64,000 nt of DNA, from the NCBI GenBank assembly GCA_965197645.1, contig OZ240219.1:1728001-1792000 (forward strand). The letters run 5' to 3'. This DNA comes from Dehalococcoidia bacterium. GTDB lineage: Bacteria > Chloroflexota > Dehalococcoidia > Plut-88900. The position numbers were made by a program, and so were the translations under genes. A model generated the notes under the pieces. The model was not told the DNA's origin. It made no database searches and saw nothing but the letters and a program-made list of their open reading frames with translations. Below are positions 55,934 through 64,000 of this stretch, piece after piece. Within the stretch, counting starts at the first letter, position 1. Each line of letters begins with the position of its first letter.

Positions 55934-56647
55934 CTAGGAAACGTCGAATAGGGGAGTCTGGTCCTGGAGAGGCGCTGGTTTGGTCCGGGAGGTCCTGACT
56001 CGCCGGGCCGGCTTTTCGATCGGCTCTTCTCGGATGGGAGCGAAGGACTTGCGGTGGATAACGCAGGGCCCGTTGAACTCCAGTGCGGCCAGATGTTCCG
56101 GCGTACCGTAGCCCTTGTTGCGGACGAACCCGAACTCCGGGTACGTGGAGTCCAGAGACTCCATGAGCCTGTCTCTCTCGACCTTGGCCACAATGGATGC
56201 CGAGGCGATGGACCGACACAGGGCGTCGCCGTGGATTACCGGGTACTGAGGTATGTCCAAGTCGGGGATCTCGAGGGCGTCTATGACGAGACAGTCGGGC
56301 AGTGTAGACATGCGCCGAACCGCTCTACACATCGCCAGCCTCGTGGCAGCAACTATTCCGATGCTATCTATCTCCCCGGACGACGCTTCTCCGACACACC
56401 AGGCCAGCGAGGCCTCTTTGATCTGGTCCGAAAGGCGGTCACGTGTCGCTGCAGTGAGGGCTTTGCTATCTCGGACCTCGGCCAACCACGGGTGGTCCAA
56501 TTCATGGGGGAGAATGACGGCGGCGGCCATGACGGGCCCGGCCAACGGACCCCGGCCCACTTCGTCGATGCCGGCGACGAGGCCGAACCCCTGGTCGCGA
56601 AGCTCTTCTTCCAGGCCGGATGAAGGCGCCGACTCCGGGTCTAGCAA
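55934..56647 (-). CDS. rnhB: Ribonuclease HII
   Basis: GIDEVGRGPLAGPV, RDSK, IASASIVAKVERD, KGYGT, HRKSF. Confidence 0.95.
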   Translation of the reverse strand: MLDPESAPSSGLEEELRDQGFGLVAGIDEVGRGPLAGPVMAAAVILPHELDHPWLAEVRDSKALTAATRDRLSDQIKEASLAWCVGEASSGEIDSIGIVAATRLAMCRAVRRMSTLPDCLVIDALEIPDLDIPQYPVIHGDALCRSIASASIVAKVERDRLMESLDSTYPEFGFVRNKGYGTPEHLAALEFNGPCVIHRKSFAPIREEPIEKPARRVRTSRTKPAPLQDQTPLFDVS

Positions 56648-56684
56648 GCTGGTCCTCCAGCTCGGCTGCGCACCTAACCCACTC

Positions 56685-57818
56685 TCAACGAGTTCCTGAC
56701 ACTGACAGCGATCGGTCCGATTGCACCGGGGACGTGCTGTCTATGACCCCACCCCCTATCACCTCTTCCCCATGGTAGAAAACGATGGCCTGGCCCGGGG
56801 CCACCGCCCTCTGAGGGGTTGCGAAACGCACCTCGGCCGAGTCGCCGGAGGGTGTGAGCTCCACCGCCGCCTCGGGAGCGTGGTGCCGTACTTTTGCGGT
56901 GATCGGTAACGCTGCGTCGGGTGTGGCGCCGGAGGTGTATCGGACGGAGGAGGCGACTAGGCTACGGCACAGTAGGTCGTCCTTTTCTCCGACCACCACC
57001 ACGTTCTCTTCGGGCACGATGTCCACCACGTATCGAGGGGACGGAGAGCTGATTCCCAGGCCCTTGCGCTGGCCTATGGTAAAGAGCTCGACCCCGTTGT
57101 GGTCACCCAGGACGTTTCCGGAGGTGTCCAGGATCTCACCGGGATGAGCGTCCACGTGCTTTCGGACGAAGCCCCTATAGTTGCCATCGGGGATGAAGCA
57201 GATGTCCTGGCTGTCGGGCTTGTCGGCATTGGGAAGCCGAAGCTTCTGGGCGGTCCGCCTGATCTCAGGTTTTGAGTGCTCCCCGACAGGAAAGAGCAGA
57301 TACTCCAGCTCCCTCTGGCCCAGGCCGTAGAGGACGTAGCTCTGGTCCTTGCCCGGGTCTCGGGCGCGGAGGAGCCGGTATCCGTGGGCAGTGCGATCGA
57401 TGCGGGCGTAGTGTCCCGTGGCCAGCTTCTCGGCGCCCAGCGCCCTCGCCTTGTCGATGAAGAACCGGAACTTCACGTGATCGTTGCAGGCGATGCAGGG
57501 GTTCGGCGTCCGACCCCTTCTATACTCGTCGATGAAGTACTGGACTACGTGGGTATGGAACTCCTTTTCGAAGTTGAGGACGTAGTGGGGGATGTCCAGC
57601 ACGCCGCAGACCCGCCTGGCGTCGCTGGTGTCCTGGGCGCTGCAACACCCCTTGTTCCGTCGAGAGTAATCGGGGTCCTCGATGGAGGAGAGCCGCATGG
57701 TGATGCCGATGACATCGTAGCCGGCGTCCTTGAGGAGGTAGGCGGCAACGGAGGAGTCCACGCCTCCGCTCATGGCTACGACCACTCTCCCCTTGACTGC
57801 ATGATCTGTATCGGGCAT
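56685..57818 (-). CDS. mnmA: tRNA 2-thiouridine(34) synthase
   Basis: AMSGGVDSS, TPNPC..CN, ATGHYA, KDQSY, DSQDICF, TIGQRKG, PGQ. Confidence 0.96.
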   Translation of the reverse strand: MPDTDHAVKGRVVVAMSGGVDSSVAAYLLKDAGYDVIGITMRLSSIEDPDYSRRNKGCCSAQDTSDARRVCGVLDIPHYVLNFEKEFHTHVVQYFIDEYRRGRTPNPCIACNDHVKFRFFIDKARALGAEKLATGHYARIDRTAHGYRLLRARDPGKDQSYVLYGLGQRELEYLLFPVGEHSKPEIRRTAQKLRLPNADKPDSQDICFIPDGNYRGFVRKHVDAHPGEILDTSGNVLGDHNGVELFTIGQRKGLGISSPSPRYVVDIVPEENVVVVGEKDDLLCRSLVASSVRYTSGATPDAALPITAKVRHHAPEAAVELTPSGDSAEVRFATPQRAVAPGQAIVFYHGEEVIGGGVIDSTSPVQSDRSLSVSGTR

Positions 57819-57851
57819 GACGTTGGGGGAAGGATAGCACGGCGGATATCC

Positions 57852-57918
57852 GCTAGCAACGAGCGTGTTTGTTCGGTGCTGAGCAGCACGCCTGGCCGCT
57901 CAGCACTCGTCGTCTAGC
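57852..57918. other. Long imperfect stem-loop in the mnmA-rsfS intergenic region
   Basis: Perfect 9-bp arms gtgctgagc (57876) / gctcagcac (57898), with outer pairs acgag/ctcgt and gctag/ctagc. Confidence 0.5.
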
Positions 57919-57980
57919 AAGGTGCTGGTTGAGCTAGTCTCTCAATGAGGGATGTCTTCGTCCCACCCGCCCGCCCTCGG

Positions 57981-58044
57981 AAGGTTTTAGAGATGGGGGC
58001 ACATCGCCCATTCCCCCTGCCAGAGGGAAAACCTTTTGGACTCC
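57981..58044. repeat. Degenerate REP-like palindromic element
   Basis: gggggc...ccccctgccagaggg aaaa ccttttggactcc; hairpin ccagaggg/ccttttgg; aaggtttt/aaaacctt inverted repeat. Confidence 0.4.
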
Positions 58045-58125
58045 GTGGATGCGCTGTCCTGAGAGGGTATTGTGCTAGAATTCAGGTGGAGCTCTGTACC
58101 GGAGCGGGCGAGGAGGAATCAGAGG

Positions 58126-58470
58126 CTGGAACCGTCTAGCAAGGCCAGAAGGATAGTGGACATAGCATCCGACAGGCAGGCGTCGGACATCCGGATGCTG
58201 GACGTGGGGAAGGTGTGCAGCTTTGCCGACTACTTCGTGATTTTCAACTCCGAGACCTACAGGCATACCGATGCCCTCAAACAGGAGATCGCCAAGGGGC
58301 TGGAGGAAGAGGGCATCCGGGCGCTTCACACCGAGGGAAGCAGCGATTCGGGCTGGGTGCTCCTCGATTACGGGGACGTCGTAGTCCACATCTTCGCCAA
58401 GGCCGAAAGGGCCTACTATCGCCTGGACGAGCTGTGGCAGGATGCCACCACCGTGGTGCACATCCAATAG
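58126..58470 (+). CDS. rsfS: Ribosome silencing factor
   Basis: A.DI..LDV....FADYFVI, SGWVLLDYGDVVVHIF...R.YY.L.ELW. Start uncertain (CTG 58126 after AGGAGG). Confidence 0.93.
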   Translation: MEPSSKARRIVDIASDRQASDIRMLDVGKVCSFADYFVIFNSETYRHTDALKQEIAKGLEEEGIRALHTEGSSDSGWVLLDYGDVVVHIFAKAERAYYRLDELWQDATTVVHIQ

Positions 58471-58482
58471 GCGCCCCGCTCT

Positions 58483-58932
58483 TTATTCTCTAATCCATAT
58501 GTCAGTGCTGCGGTCGTAGGCGAGCAGCTCGTCATCCGAGAAGAACAAGGCCAACTCCCGCTTCGCCGTTTCCAGCGAGTCCGATCCGTGTACGATGTTC
58601 CGGCCGATCTCCAGCGCCAGATCTCCCCGGATGGTGCCGGGCTGGGCGGTGGCCGGATTGGTCTCCCCCATGACGCGTCGTACTACCTCCATCGCGTTGA
58701 GACCTTCCAGGGCCATGGCGACGATGGGGCCCGAGGTGATGAAATCAACCAGCCCATCGAAGAAGGGTTTCCCTTCGTGCTCCCCGTAGTGTCGCCCGGC
58801 GAAAGCCCGGTCCATGTGCATCAGCTTCATCCCCACTATCTTCAACCCTTTGCGTTCGAAGCGAGCGATGACTTCGCCGGTCAGGCCACGCTGCACGGCA
58901 TCGGGTTTCAGGAGTACCAGGGTAGTTTCCAT
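58483..58932 (-). CDS. ndk: Nucleoside-diphosphate kinase
   Basis: KPDAVQRG, HYGEHEGKPFF, PGTIRGD, RNIVHGSDS. Confidence 0.97.
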   Translation of the reverse strand: METTLVLLKPDAVQRGLTGEVIARFERKGLKIVGMKLMHMDRAFAGRHYGEHEGKPFFDGLVDFITSGPIVAMALEGLNAMEVVRRVMGETNPATAQPGTIRGDLALEIGRNIVHGSDSLETAKRELALFFSDDELLAYDRSTDIWIRE

Positions 58933-58939
58933 AATGCTT

Positions 58940-59632
58940 TCACCTCGATTTTTTGGCTTTCTTGGGCTTGGTAATGGAAGGGCGGCGCAGGTAGAGGGGT
59001 TGAAGGGTGGATGGGTCGTCCGCTTCTCCCTTTGAGAGCTTGGCCAGTCCCAGCTCTCCGATACAGGCCGCTCGATAGGTGAGACCCCGGGTATCGGTCA
59101 GCAACGCATCCGTTCCCAGGGCTTCTTCGATGCCGGTCTGAGTCTCGTCGGATATCTCCCCGCATAGAATGGCTGGTCGGGGAAGCTTCCCGCAAAGATC
59201 GGCGACGGTGGTGATGTGCTCGGCGAGCGTGGCCTGAAAGTCGTGGCGAGTTCCTTCGAAGATGGCGGCTGCCACCTCGCTCCTACCCGCCTCCTGGAGG
59301 GCGCATACCTGGACCCCCATGCTCAGGTAGGGATAGGCTCGGGCCTCCAGGGTGCCTACGCCGACGAGGGGCACCCCCTTCGATATCGCCAGTCCCTTGG
59401 CGGTGGTCACGCCGACGCGCAGGCCGGTGAAACTGCCCGGCCCTTTGGCCACGATGATTCCTCCCAGATCGTCCAGCCCTATTCCGGCCCCATCCAGCAG
59501 GTAGTTTAGGGAGGGGATCAGCTCGGCGGTGTGGTTCTGCTTTGACCACCAGGTCAGCTCTCCCGCCAGCTCTCCGCCATCGAGGAGGGCGAGGCTCAAC
59601 CTGCTGGTAGCGGTGTCGATTACCAGGTGCAA
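58940..59632 (-). CDS. tsaB: tRNA threonylcarbamoyladenosine biosynthesis protein TsaB
   Basis: IDTAT, H.AEL.P, GPGSFTGLRVG, P.YLR. Confidence 0.95.
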   Translation of the reverse strand: MHLVIDTATSRLSLALLDGGELAGELTWWSKQNHTAELIPSLNYLLDGAGIGLDDLGGIIVAKGPGSFTGLRVGVTTAKGLAISKGVPLVGVGTLEARAYPYLSMGVQVCALQEAGRSEVAAAIFEGTRHDFQATLAEHITTVADLCGKLPRPAILCGEISDETQTGIEEALGTDALLTDTRGLTYRAACIGELGLAKLSKGEADDPSTLQPLYLRRPSITKPKKAKKSR

Positions 59633-60130
59633 CTACTCACTCTTCCCGGTGGTAGAAGCGGTCAGGGACTCAGACTGCAGCCGGTCCAGCAGCCGCTCGT
59701 ACCGCTCGCCGTGGGCTTCCAGGGTGAATTCCCTGTCATTTTCGCCCTTGACTTCGATGCGAATCGTAAGGCCATCGTCGGGAAGGACTCCTCGGCCCTT
59801 CTCGGCCCACTCAATGACACAGACCCCTTGTCCGAAAATATACTCGTCCAGGCCGAGGTCATCTATCTCCATCAGATCGTCCAGACGGTACAGGTCCAAG
59901 TGGTAGAGGGTCAGGCGGCCCTCGTACTCGGAGGCCAAGACGAAGGTGGGGCTGCGAGCGTGCTCCTGGACCCCCAGGCCCCATGCGAGGCCCTGGGTAA
60001 GGCAGGTCTTGCCCGCGCCGAGGGTACCCGAAAGGAGCAGCACCTCTCCGCCTTCGAAGTGCTGGGCCAGCCCTAGCCCTAGCTGCTGGGTCTCTTCGGG
60101 ACTGCCGGTGGACAGTTTCTTCTGTTTCAA
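59633..60130 (-). CDS. tsaE: tRNA threonylcarbamoyladenosine biosynthesis ATPase TsaE
   Basis: G.LGAGKT, SPTF, H.DLYRL, IEW. Confidence 0.95.
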   Translation of the reverse strand: MKQKKLSTGSPEETQQLGLGLAQHFEGGEVLLLSGTLGAGKTCLTQGLAWGLGVQEHARSPTFVLASEYEGRLTLYHLDLYRLDDLMEIDDLGLDEYIFGQGVCVIEWAEKGRGVLPDDGLTIRIEVKGENDREFTLEAHGERYERLLDRLQSESLTASTTGKSE

Positions 60131-61173
60131 ATTTTCTTATCCTCGGGTTCCCCGGCGGAGGTGAAGTGCTCCCAGCCACCCTTAGTCCTGGGCACCTCAC
60201 GGCCCTGGCCATCGACCAGGGTTACCTGTCCAGGATATCCAGCTAGTAATTCGCCGATTATCGTGACTGGGGTACTGCATTCCCGTTTGACCCCTTCCAG
60301 GACCGCTTCGTCGGCTGCGAATAGCAGCTCGTAGTCCTCGCCTCCCGAGAGAGCCAACTCCAGGGCCTGATCGCCGAAGGCACTCTTAACATAAGGATGG
60401 ATTGGGATGCAGTCGATGTTGATCTTGGCGGATACGCCGCTGGCGGCACACATCTTGGGAAGGTCTGCCATGAGACCATCGCTGAGGTCCATGGCGTTCG
60501 CGACTCCTTTCGATAGAAGGAGCCGGCCTTCCGCCAGCCGGGGAACGGGACGATTGTGAGAGGCGGCTAGACCCTCCGAGAGTTCAACTTCCTTCTCGCT
60601 GCTGTCCAGCAGCAACTTCAACCCCGCCCCCGAGCTCCCCAGGTTGCCGGTAACCGCGATCTTTTGGCCGGGTCTCCCACTAGACCGGTTAAGAACGTTG
60701 TCCGGATGGGATCCGCCGCCGGAGGCCTGACCGATCAACGTTACTGTTAGCACCAGGGCCGGTCCGCTGACCGTGTCCCCTCCTATCACCTTGCATCCGT
60801 ACTTCCCACAGATGTCCGCCATACCCCTGTAGAGCTCGGCGACGGATCCTACATCGGTATCTGCGGTCAGGCACATCGACACCACCGCGTATCGAGGGAT
60901 GCCGCCCATGGCTGCAATGTCACTGAGGTTGATAGCGATGACCTTCCAGCCCAGGTCACGCCAGCTGATGATGTCGAGCCGGAAGTGGACGTTCTCCACC
61001 ATCGTGTCCGTGGTCACCAGCTGATCGGTCTCGGGAGGGCGCCACACGGCGGCGTCGTCGCCTATGGAGATGAGGACCTCGGGCTCGTCGGCAGCCGCAA
61101 CCCCGACCGGGCCCAGGGCCTCGGCAATGTGCTCGATCAGCGCGACCTCGCCCAACTCGGATATTTTCATCAT
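60127..61173 (-). CDS. thiL: Thiamine-monophosphate kinase
   Basis: IGDDAA, ENVHF, NLSDIAAMGG, GGDT, MDLSDGL, GGEDYEL, GWEHF. Confidence 0.95.
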   Translation of the reverse strand: MMKISELGEVALIEHIAEALGPVGVAAADEPEVLISIGDDAAVWRPPETDQLVTTDTMVENVHFRLDIISWRDLGWKVIAINLSDIAAMGGIPRYAVVSMCLTADTDVGSVAELYRGMADICGKYGCKVIGGDTVSGPALVLTVTLIGQASGGGSHPDNVLNRSSGRPGQKIAVTGNLGSSGAGLKLLLDSSEKEVELSEGLAASHNRPVPRLAEGRLLLSKGVANAMDLSDGLMADLPKMCAASGVSAKINIDCIPIHPYVKSAFGDQALELALSGGEDYELLFAADEAVLEGVKRECSTPVTIIGELLAGYPGQVTLVDGQGREVPRTKGGWEHFTSAGEPEDKKI

Positions 61174-61193
61174 CTGATTACAAGGGGGCCCCG

Positions 61194-61251
61194 GGCATCT
61201 AAGAGATTATAACCAGCCCGCTGGCATCGAACAGATTATAACCAGACCCTC
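61194..61251. repeat. Two-copy 29-bp tandem repeat, each copy carrying TATAAT on the minus strand
   Basis: ggcatctaagagattataaccagcccgct / ggcatcgaacagattataaccagaccctc; identical 13-mer agattataaccag at 61204 and 61233. Confidence 0.75.
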
Positions 61252-61332
61252 AGCTGAGCCACAATAAACGCCAGTGGTCAGTCAAAGGCCAAGCTGTTAT
61301 ATTTTGACCGATATCTTCCGCCGGAGGTGTTG

Positions 61333-62070
61333 GTGCGCGCAGCCATTCTTGCCGACATCCACAGCAACATCGAGGCCCTTCAGGCCGTTCTTAGCGACGC
61401 AGCGAACCGGGGCGATGTGGACGAAGTGTGGGCGCTGGGAGACGTGGTCGGCTACGGGCCCGACCCGGTCGAGTGCATTGCCCTGCTGGATGGCTACGAA
61501 TATACCTGTGTGGCCGGCAACCACGATTGGGCGGCGATAGGCAAGATCGATGCGACCCTGTTCAACCCCTACGCCGAGGCTGCGGCCCGCTGGACCGGAA
61601 ACCAGCTTTCGGAGAAAGAGGCCGGCTTCCTGGAGCGGCTTCCGACCAGAGTAACCAAGGGGAGTTTCACCCTGGTGCACGGCAGTCCTCGGGACCCCAT
61701 CTGGGAGTACTTCCTTTCCGAGACGGTGGCGCTGGCCAGCCTGGAGCATTTCGATACCCCCTACTGCCTCGTCGGCCACTCCCACATACCCTTCATCTGC
61801 GAGGTGGACGGGTCTTCGATGCGCTGTACCTTCCGGGAGTTTCCCGAGGGTGTGCCGATTCAGCTCGGCGAGGAACGGCTGGTCATCAACCCCGGCGGTG
61901 TGGGACAGCCCAGGGACGGCATACCGACCGCCAGCTACGCCATCTACGATGGCTCCAATGACTCGATTTGCCGGTACCGAGTGGAGTACGATATTCCCAA
62001 GACCCAGGAGAAGATGCTTCGCGCCGGCCTCCCTGACAAGTTGGCCGCAAGGCTGTCCCACGGTCGTTGA
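61333..62070 (+). CDS. Metallophosphoesterase (calcineurin-like)
   Basis: ADIHSN, LGDVVGYG, GNHD, HGSP, GHSH, NPGGVGQPRDG. Confidence 0.9.
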   Translation: MRAAILADIHSNIEALQAVLSDAANRGDVDEVWALGDVVGYGPDPVECIALLDGYEYTCVAGNHDWAAIGKIDATLFNPYAEAAARWTGNQLSEKEAGFLERLPTRVTKGSFTLVHGSPRDPIWEYFLSETVALASLEHFDTPYCLVGHSHIPFICEVDGSSMRCTFREFPEGVPIQLGEERLVINPGGVGQPRDGIPTASYAIYDGSNDSICRYRVEYDIPKTQEKMLRAGLPDKLAARLSHGR

Positions 62071-62095
62071 ACAGGCACTCTCCCGTTGCTATAAT
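62067..62095 (+). promoter_or_regulatory. Strong sigma70 promoter TTGAAC-N17-TATAAT (TG-extended)
   Basis: ttgaac 62067-62072, tataat 62090-62095. Confidence 0.7.
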
Positions 62096-62137
62096 GCATC
62101 CGTTCCCCGGCCCTAACGTGTGCTGAAAGGAGTCGCT

Positions 62138-63118
62138 GTGGGAGAGATAAAGGTAGCTTACGACTTCCCCATATCCGACGAATACCTGGCCAGGCTGCAA
62201 GCCGTGTCCCCCGATGTTCGACTCGTCGACCTGATAGGCGCGTCCAGCGAGGCGGTGGACGCCGGACTCAAGAACGCGGAGGTCCTCTACACCGCCGAGC
62301 CTCCAACCGGACTCGTCGAGCGTGCTCCCAACCTGAAGTGGCTGCAGTATGTGTGGGACGGGATAGACCTGGGAGTAGGGCCGGACATACTGGAGTCGCC
62401 CATAGGGGTAACCAACGCTCGACAGCTGGGGGCTCTTTGCATCGCCGAGTGGGTCCTGATGGTCATGCTCATGTTCAGCAAGAAGGCGCTGGATTTCACG
62501 CAGGACTGGCGGGACAAGGACTGGCGCAAGTCTCACGGGGACTTCTACTTCCTTTGGGAGCTCAAGGGCAAGACGGTGGGGGTCGTGGGGCTGGGCGCGA
62601 TAGGAGACGACGTGGCTCGCCTCTCCAAGGCCTTCGGCATGCGGGTACTGGCTACGCGGCGGTCGGCTACCAAGAGGCAGACCTCGGTGGGGAACGTAGA
62701 CCAGCTGTACCCGGCTTCGGAGCTGGACGAGGTGCTCAAGCAGAGCGATTTCGTGGTCGTGTGTGTCCCGCTGACCAAGGAGACGGAAAAGCTCATCGGC
62801 GAAAGAGAGCTGGGGCTGATGAGAAAGGACGCCTATATAATCAACATCGCCCGTGGCCAGATTATCGACGAGCCGGTGTTGGCCAAGGCTCTTCGGGAAG
62901 GCTGGATAGCCGGGGCAGCGCTGGACGTGTTTGAGGTCGAACCCCTCTCATCAGACAGTGAGCTGTACGACCTGCCCAACGTCATCGGCGCCCATCACAT
63001 AACCGGGGACGTGGACGTGTACGGCGATCGTATAGCTGATCTGTTCGCCCGGAATCTTGAGAGGTACGTCAAAGGCGAGGACTTCATCAACCTGGTAGAC
63101 AAGGAGCTGGGATACTAG
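62138..63118 (+). CDS. D-2-hydroxyacid dehydrogenase family protein
   Basis: GLGAIG, PLTKET, INIARG, ALDVF..EPL; GTG after AAGGAG. Confidence 0.9.
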   Translation: MGEIKVAYDFPISDEYLARLQAVSPDVRLVDLIGASSEAVDAGLKNAEVLYTAEPPTGLVERAPNLKWLQYVWDGIDLGVGPDILESPIGVTNARQLGALCIAEWVLMVMLMFSKKALDFTQDWRDKDWRKSHGDFYFLWELKGKTVGVVGLGAIGDDVARLSKAFGMRVLATRRSATKRQTSVGNVDQLYPASELDEVLKQSDFVVVCVPLTKETEKLIGERELGLMRKDAYIINIARGQIIDEPVLAKALREGWIAGAALDVFEVEPLSSDSELYDLPNVIGAHHITGDVDVYGDRIADLFARNLERYVKGEDFINLVDKELGY

Positions 63119-63157
63119 CACGAACATCGGACACGATGTCCCGGTGAGGAGGACAAT

Positions 63158-63343
63158 ATGCCCAACGTAACTATAGAGATGTATCCCGGTCGGACCAAGG
63201 CCCAGAAGGCGGAGCTGGCCCGGGTAATCACCGACGCCATGGCCAGCATCGCCAAGACTGACCCGGACGCCGTGCAGATAATCTTCCGAGAGATAACGAC
63301 GGAGGACTGGTCCTTCGGAGGCACCTTGGCGGCGGACAGGTAG
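63158..63343 (+). CDS. 4-oxalocrotonate tautomerase family protein
   Basis: Pro1, GRT..QK, W..GG; 61 aa; GAGGA RBS. Confidence 0.9.
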   Translation: MPNVTIEMYPGRTKAQKAELARVITDAMASIAKTDPDAVQIIFREITTEDWSFGGTLAADR

Positions 63344-63394
63344 CCTCGTTTCACTGATGCCGGGTGGGGTTCGCACGTCGCCTCACAGGTCTGT

Positions 63395-64000
63395 TTACTG
63401 GTCTCTTGCAGAAGGATATGGGACAGAGGGCATCTTACCTCGGCGTGCTATACTCGATGGGCCACCCGTTACCGGGGCCGCTAGCTCAATTTGGAAGAGC
63501 AACTGACTCTTAATCAGTAGGTTCAGGGTTCGAGTCCCTGGCGGCCCACCATCGGGTAAAGTAGATAGAACAGACCCGTTCAGGGCCACGTTTTCGGCGG
63601 CTCTCCCAGGTATCGAGCTGTCGTCTGGCATAGGGACTGTGTATCTGAGCAGGGCGTCGCCGGGCACGACGACGATCTCCTTGATAAAGGACTGGATGAA
63701 GGCCCTGCGCTCGGTCAGTTCGCTCTCCTTCAGGAAGTCCTTCATGTCCTTGGCGTAGGCCGCGATGGTGTTCACGTCGTCGAGGACCTTCCGGCGCTGG
63801 GCCAGGACCGCCCTCGCCTGCTCAGCGAAATACTCCAGACGCTCCTGCCGCTCTCGGTGCTCCCTGATGCGGTCGGAGGCGTCGGCCATAACGGCGTCGG
63901 ATGTCTCTATGAAGTGCCAGATGCGGCCCAGCTTCCGCTTCACCTCTTCAAGCTCATCCTCAATGGTCTCCAGCCTCTTGCGCTGCTCTCGGGTCACACC
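63395..64000 (-). CDS. C-terminal part of a probable large serine recombinase (5' part outside the window)
   Basis: Coiled coil followed by the ERRAFIQSFIKEIVV...LRY..P tail typical of large serine recombinases; the frame runs antisense across the tRNA. The catalytic domain is not in the window. Confidence 0.68.
   Translation of the reverse strand, partial: GVTREQRKRLETIEDELEEVKRKLGRIWHFIETSDAVMADASDRIREHRERQERLEYFAEQARAVLAQRRKVLDDVNTIAAYAKDMKDFLKESELTERRAFIQSFIKEIVVVPGDALLRYTVPMPDDSSIPGRAAENVALNGSVLSTLPDGGPPGTRTLNLLIKSQLLFQIELAAPVTGGPSSIARRGKMPSVPYPSARDQ
63446..63454 (+). promoter_or_regulatory. Extended -10 (TGcTATACT) for tRNA-Lys
   Basis: tgctatact about 20 nt upstream of the tRNA. Confidence 0.5.
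63475..63551 (+). tRNA. tRNA-Lys (anticodon CTT)
   Basis: Acceptor stem gggccgc/gcggccc, D arm gctc..gagc, anticodon arm actga-ctCTTaa-tcagt, T arm caggg-ttcgagt-ccctg, encoded CCA. Confidence 0.97.
63530..64000. mobile_element. Left junction of a genomic island integrated at the 3' end of tRNA-Lys
   Basis: Recombinase tail converges on and overlaps the tRNA 3' end; the second att copy would lie outside the window. Confidence 0.6.

Noticed and set aside
55929-56219. N-terminal extension of the YraN ORF
   Set aside because: Overlaps rnhB out of frame; YraN homology starts at Met 55928.
57900-57930. CIRCE-like inverted repeat (tcagcactc...aggtgctgg)
   Set aside because: The spacer is 11 nt rather than 9, the right arm is degenerate, and the flanking genes are not chaperones.
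61194-61251. Possible CRISPR mini-array
   Set aside because: Only two units, a 29-bp period with no spacer-length unique sequence, and no cas genes.
61174-61330. TPP riboswitch upstream of thiL (also checked upstream of GYD-thiE)
   Set aside because: No recognisable CTGAGA...CCTGA..AGCG.GG TPP core.

Overview
GC-rich bacterial chromosomal window. By gene content it is most likely Chloroflexota, class Dehalococcoidia (SAR202-like); this is inference from the 11-subunit complex I, NurA/HAS-barrel/HerA, translin and the expanded acyl-CoA dehydrogenase, CoA-transferase and amidohydrolase genes. It is mostly core metabolism: folP/folK, a biotin-dependent carboxyltransferase pair, idh/mdh, sdhAB plus a CCG-domain subunit, nuoABCDHIJKLMN, Na+-PPase, thiE/thiL, mnmA, tsaBE, rnhB, ndk and rsfS. 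Accessory or unusual elements: (1) a DUF7662-like/GIY-YIG fusion and a catabolic block that separate nurA from HAS-barrel/herA; (2) a two-subunit N,N-dimethylformamidase-like enzyme; (3) a putative two-gene transcarboxylase with duplicated biotinyl domains; (4) a standalone SF2 helicase-Zn-Mrr_N fusion; (5) a small DUF2007-like gene inside the nuo operon; (6) a low-GC Zn-ribbon/TPR gene; (7) an uncharacterised repeat-built membrane protein; (8) at the right edge, tRNA-Lys(CTT) read through in antisense by the C-terminus of a probable large serine recombinase, marking a genomic-island junction. No CRISPR array or rRNA was seen. All family calls are by motif recognition by eye, not database searches.
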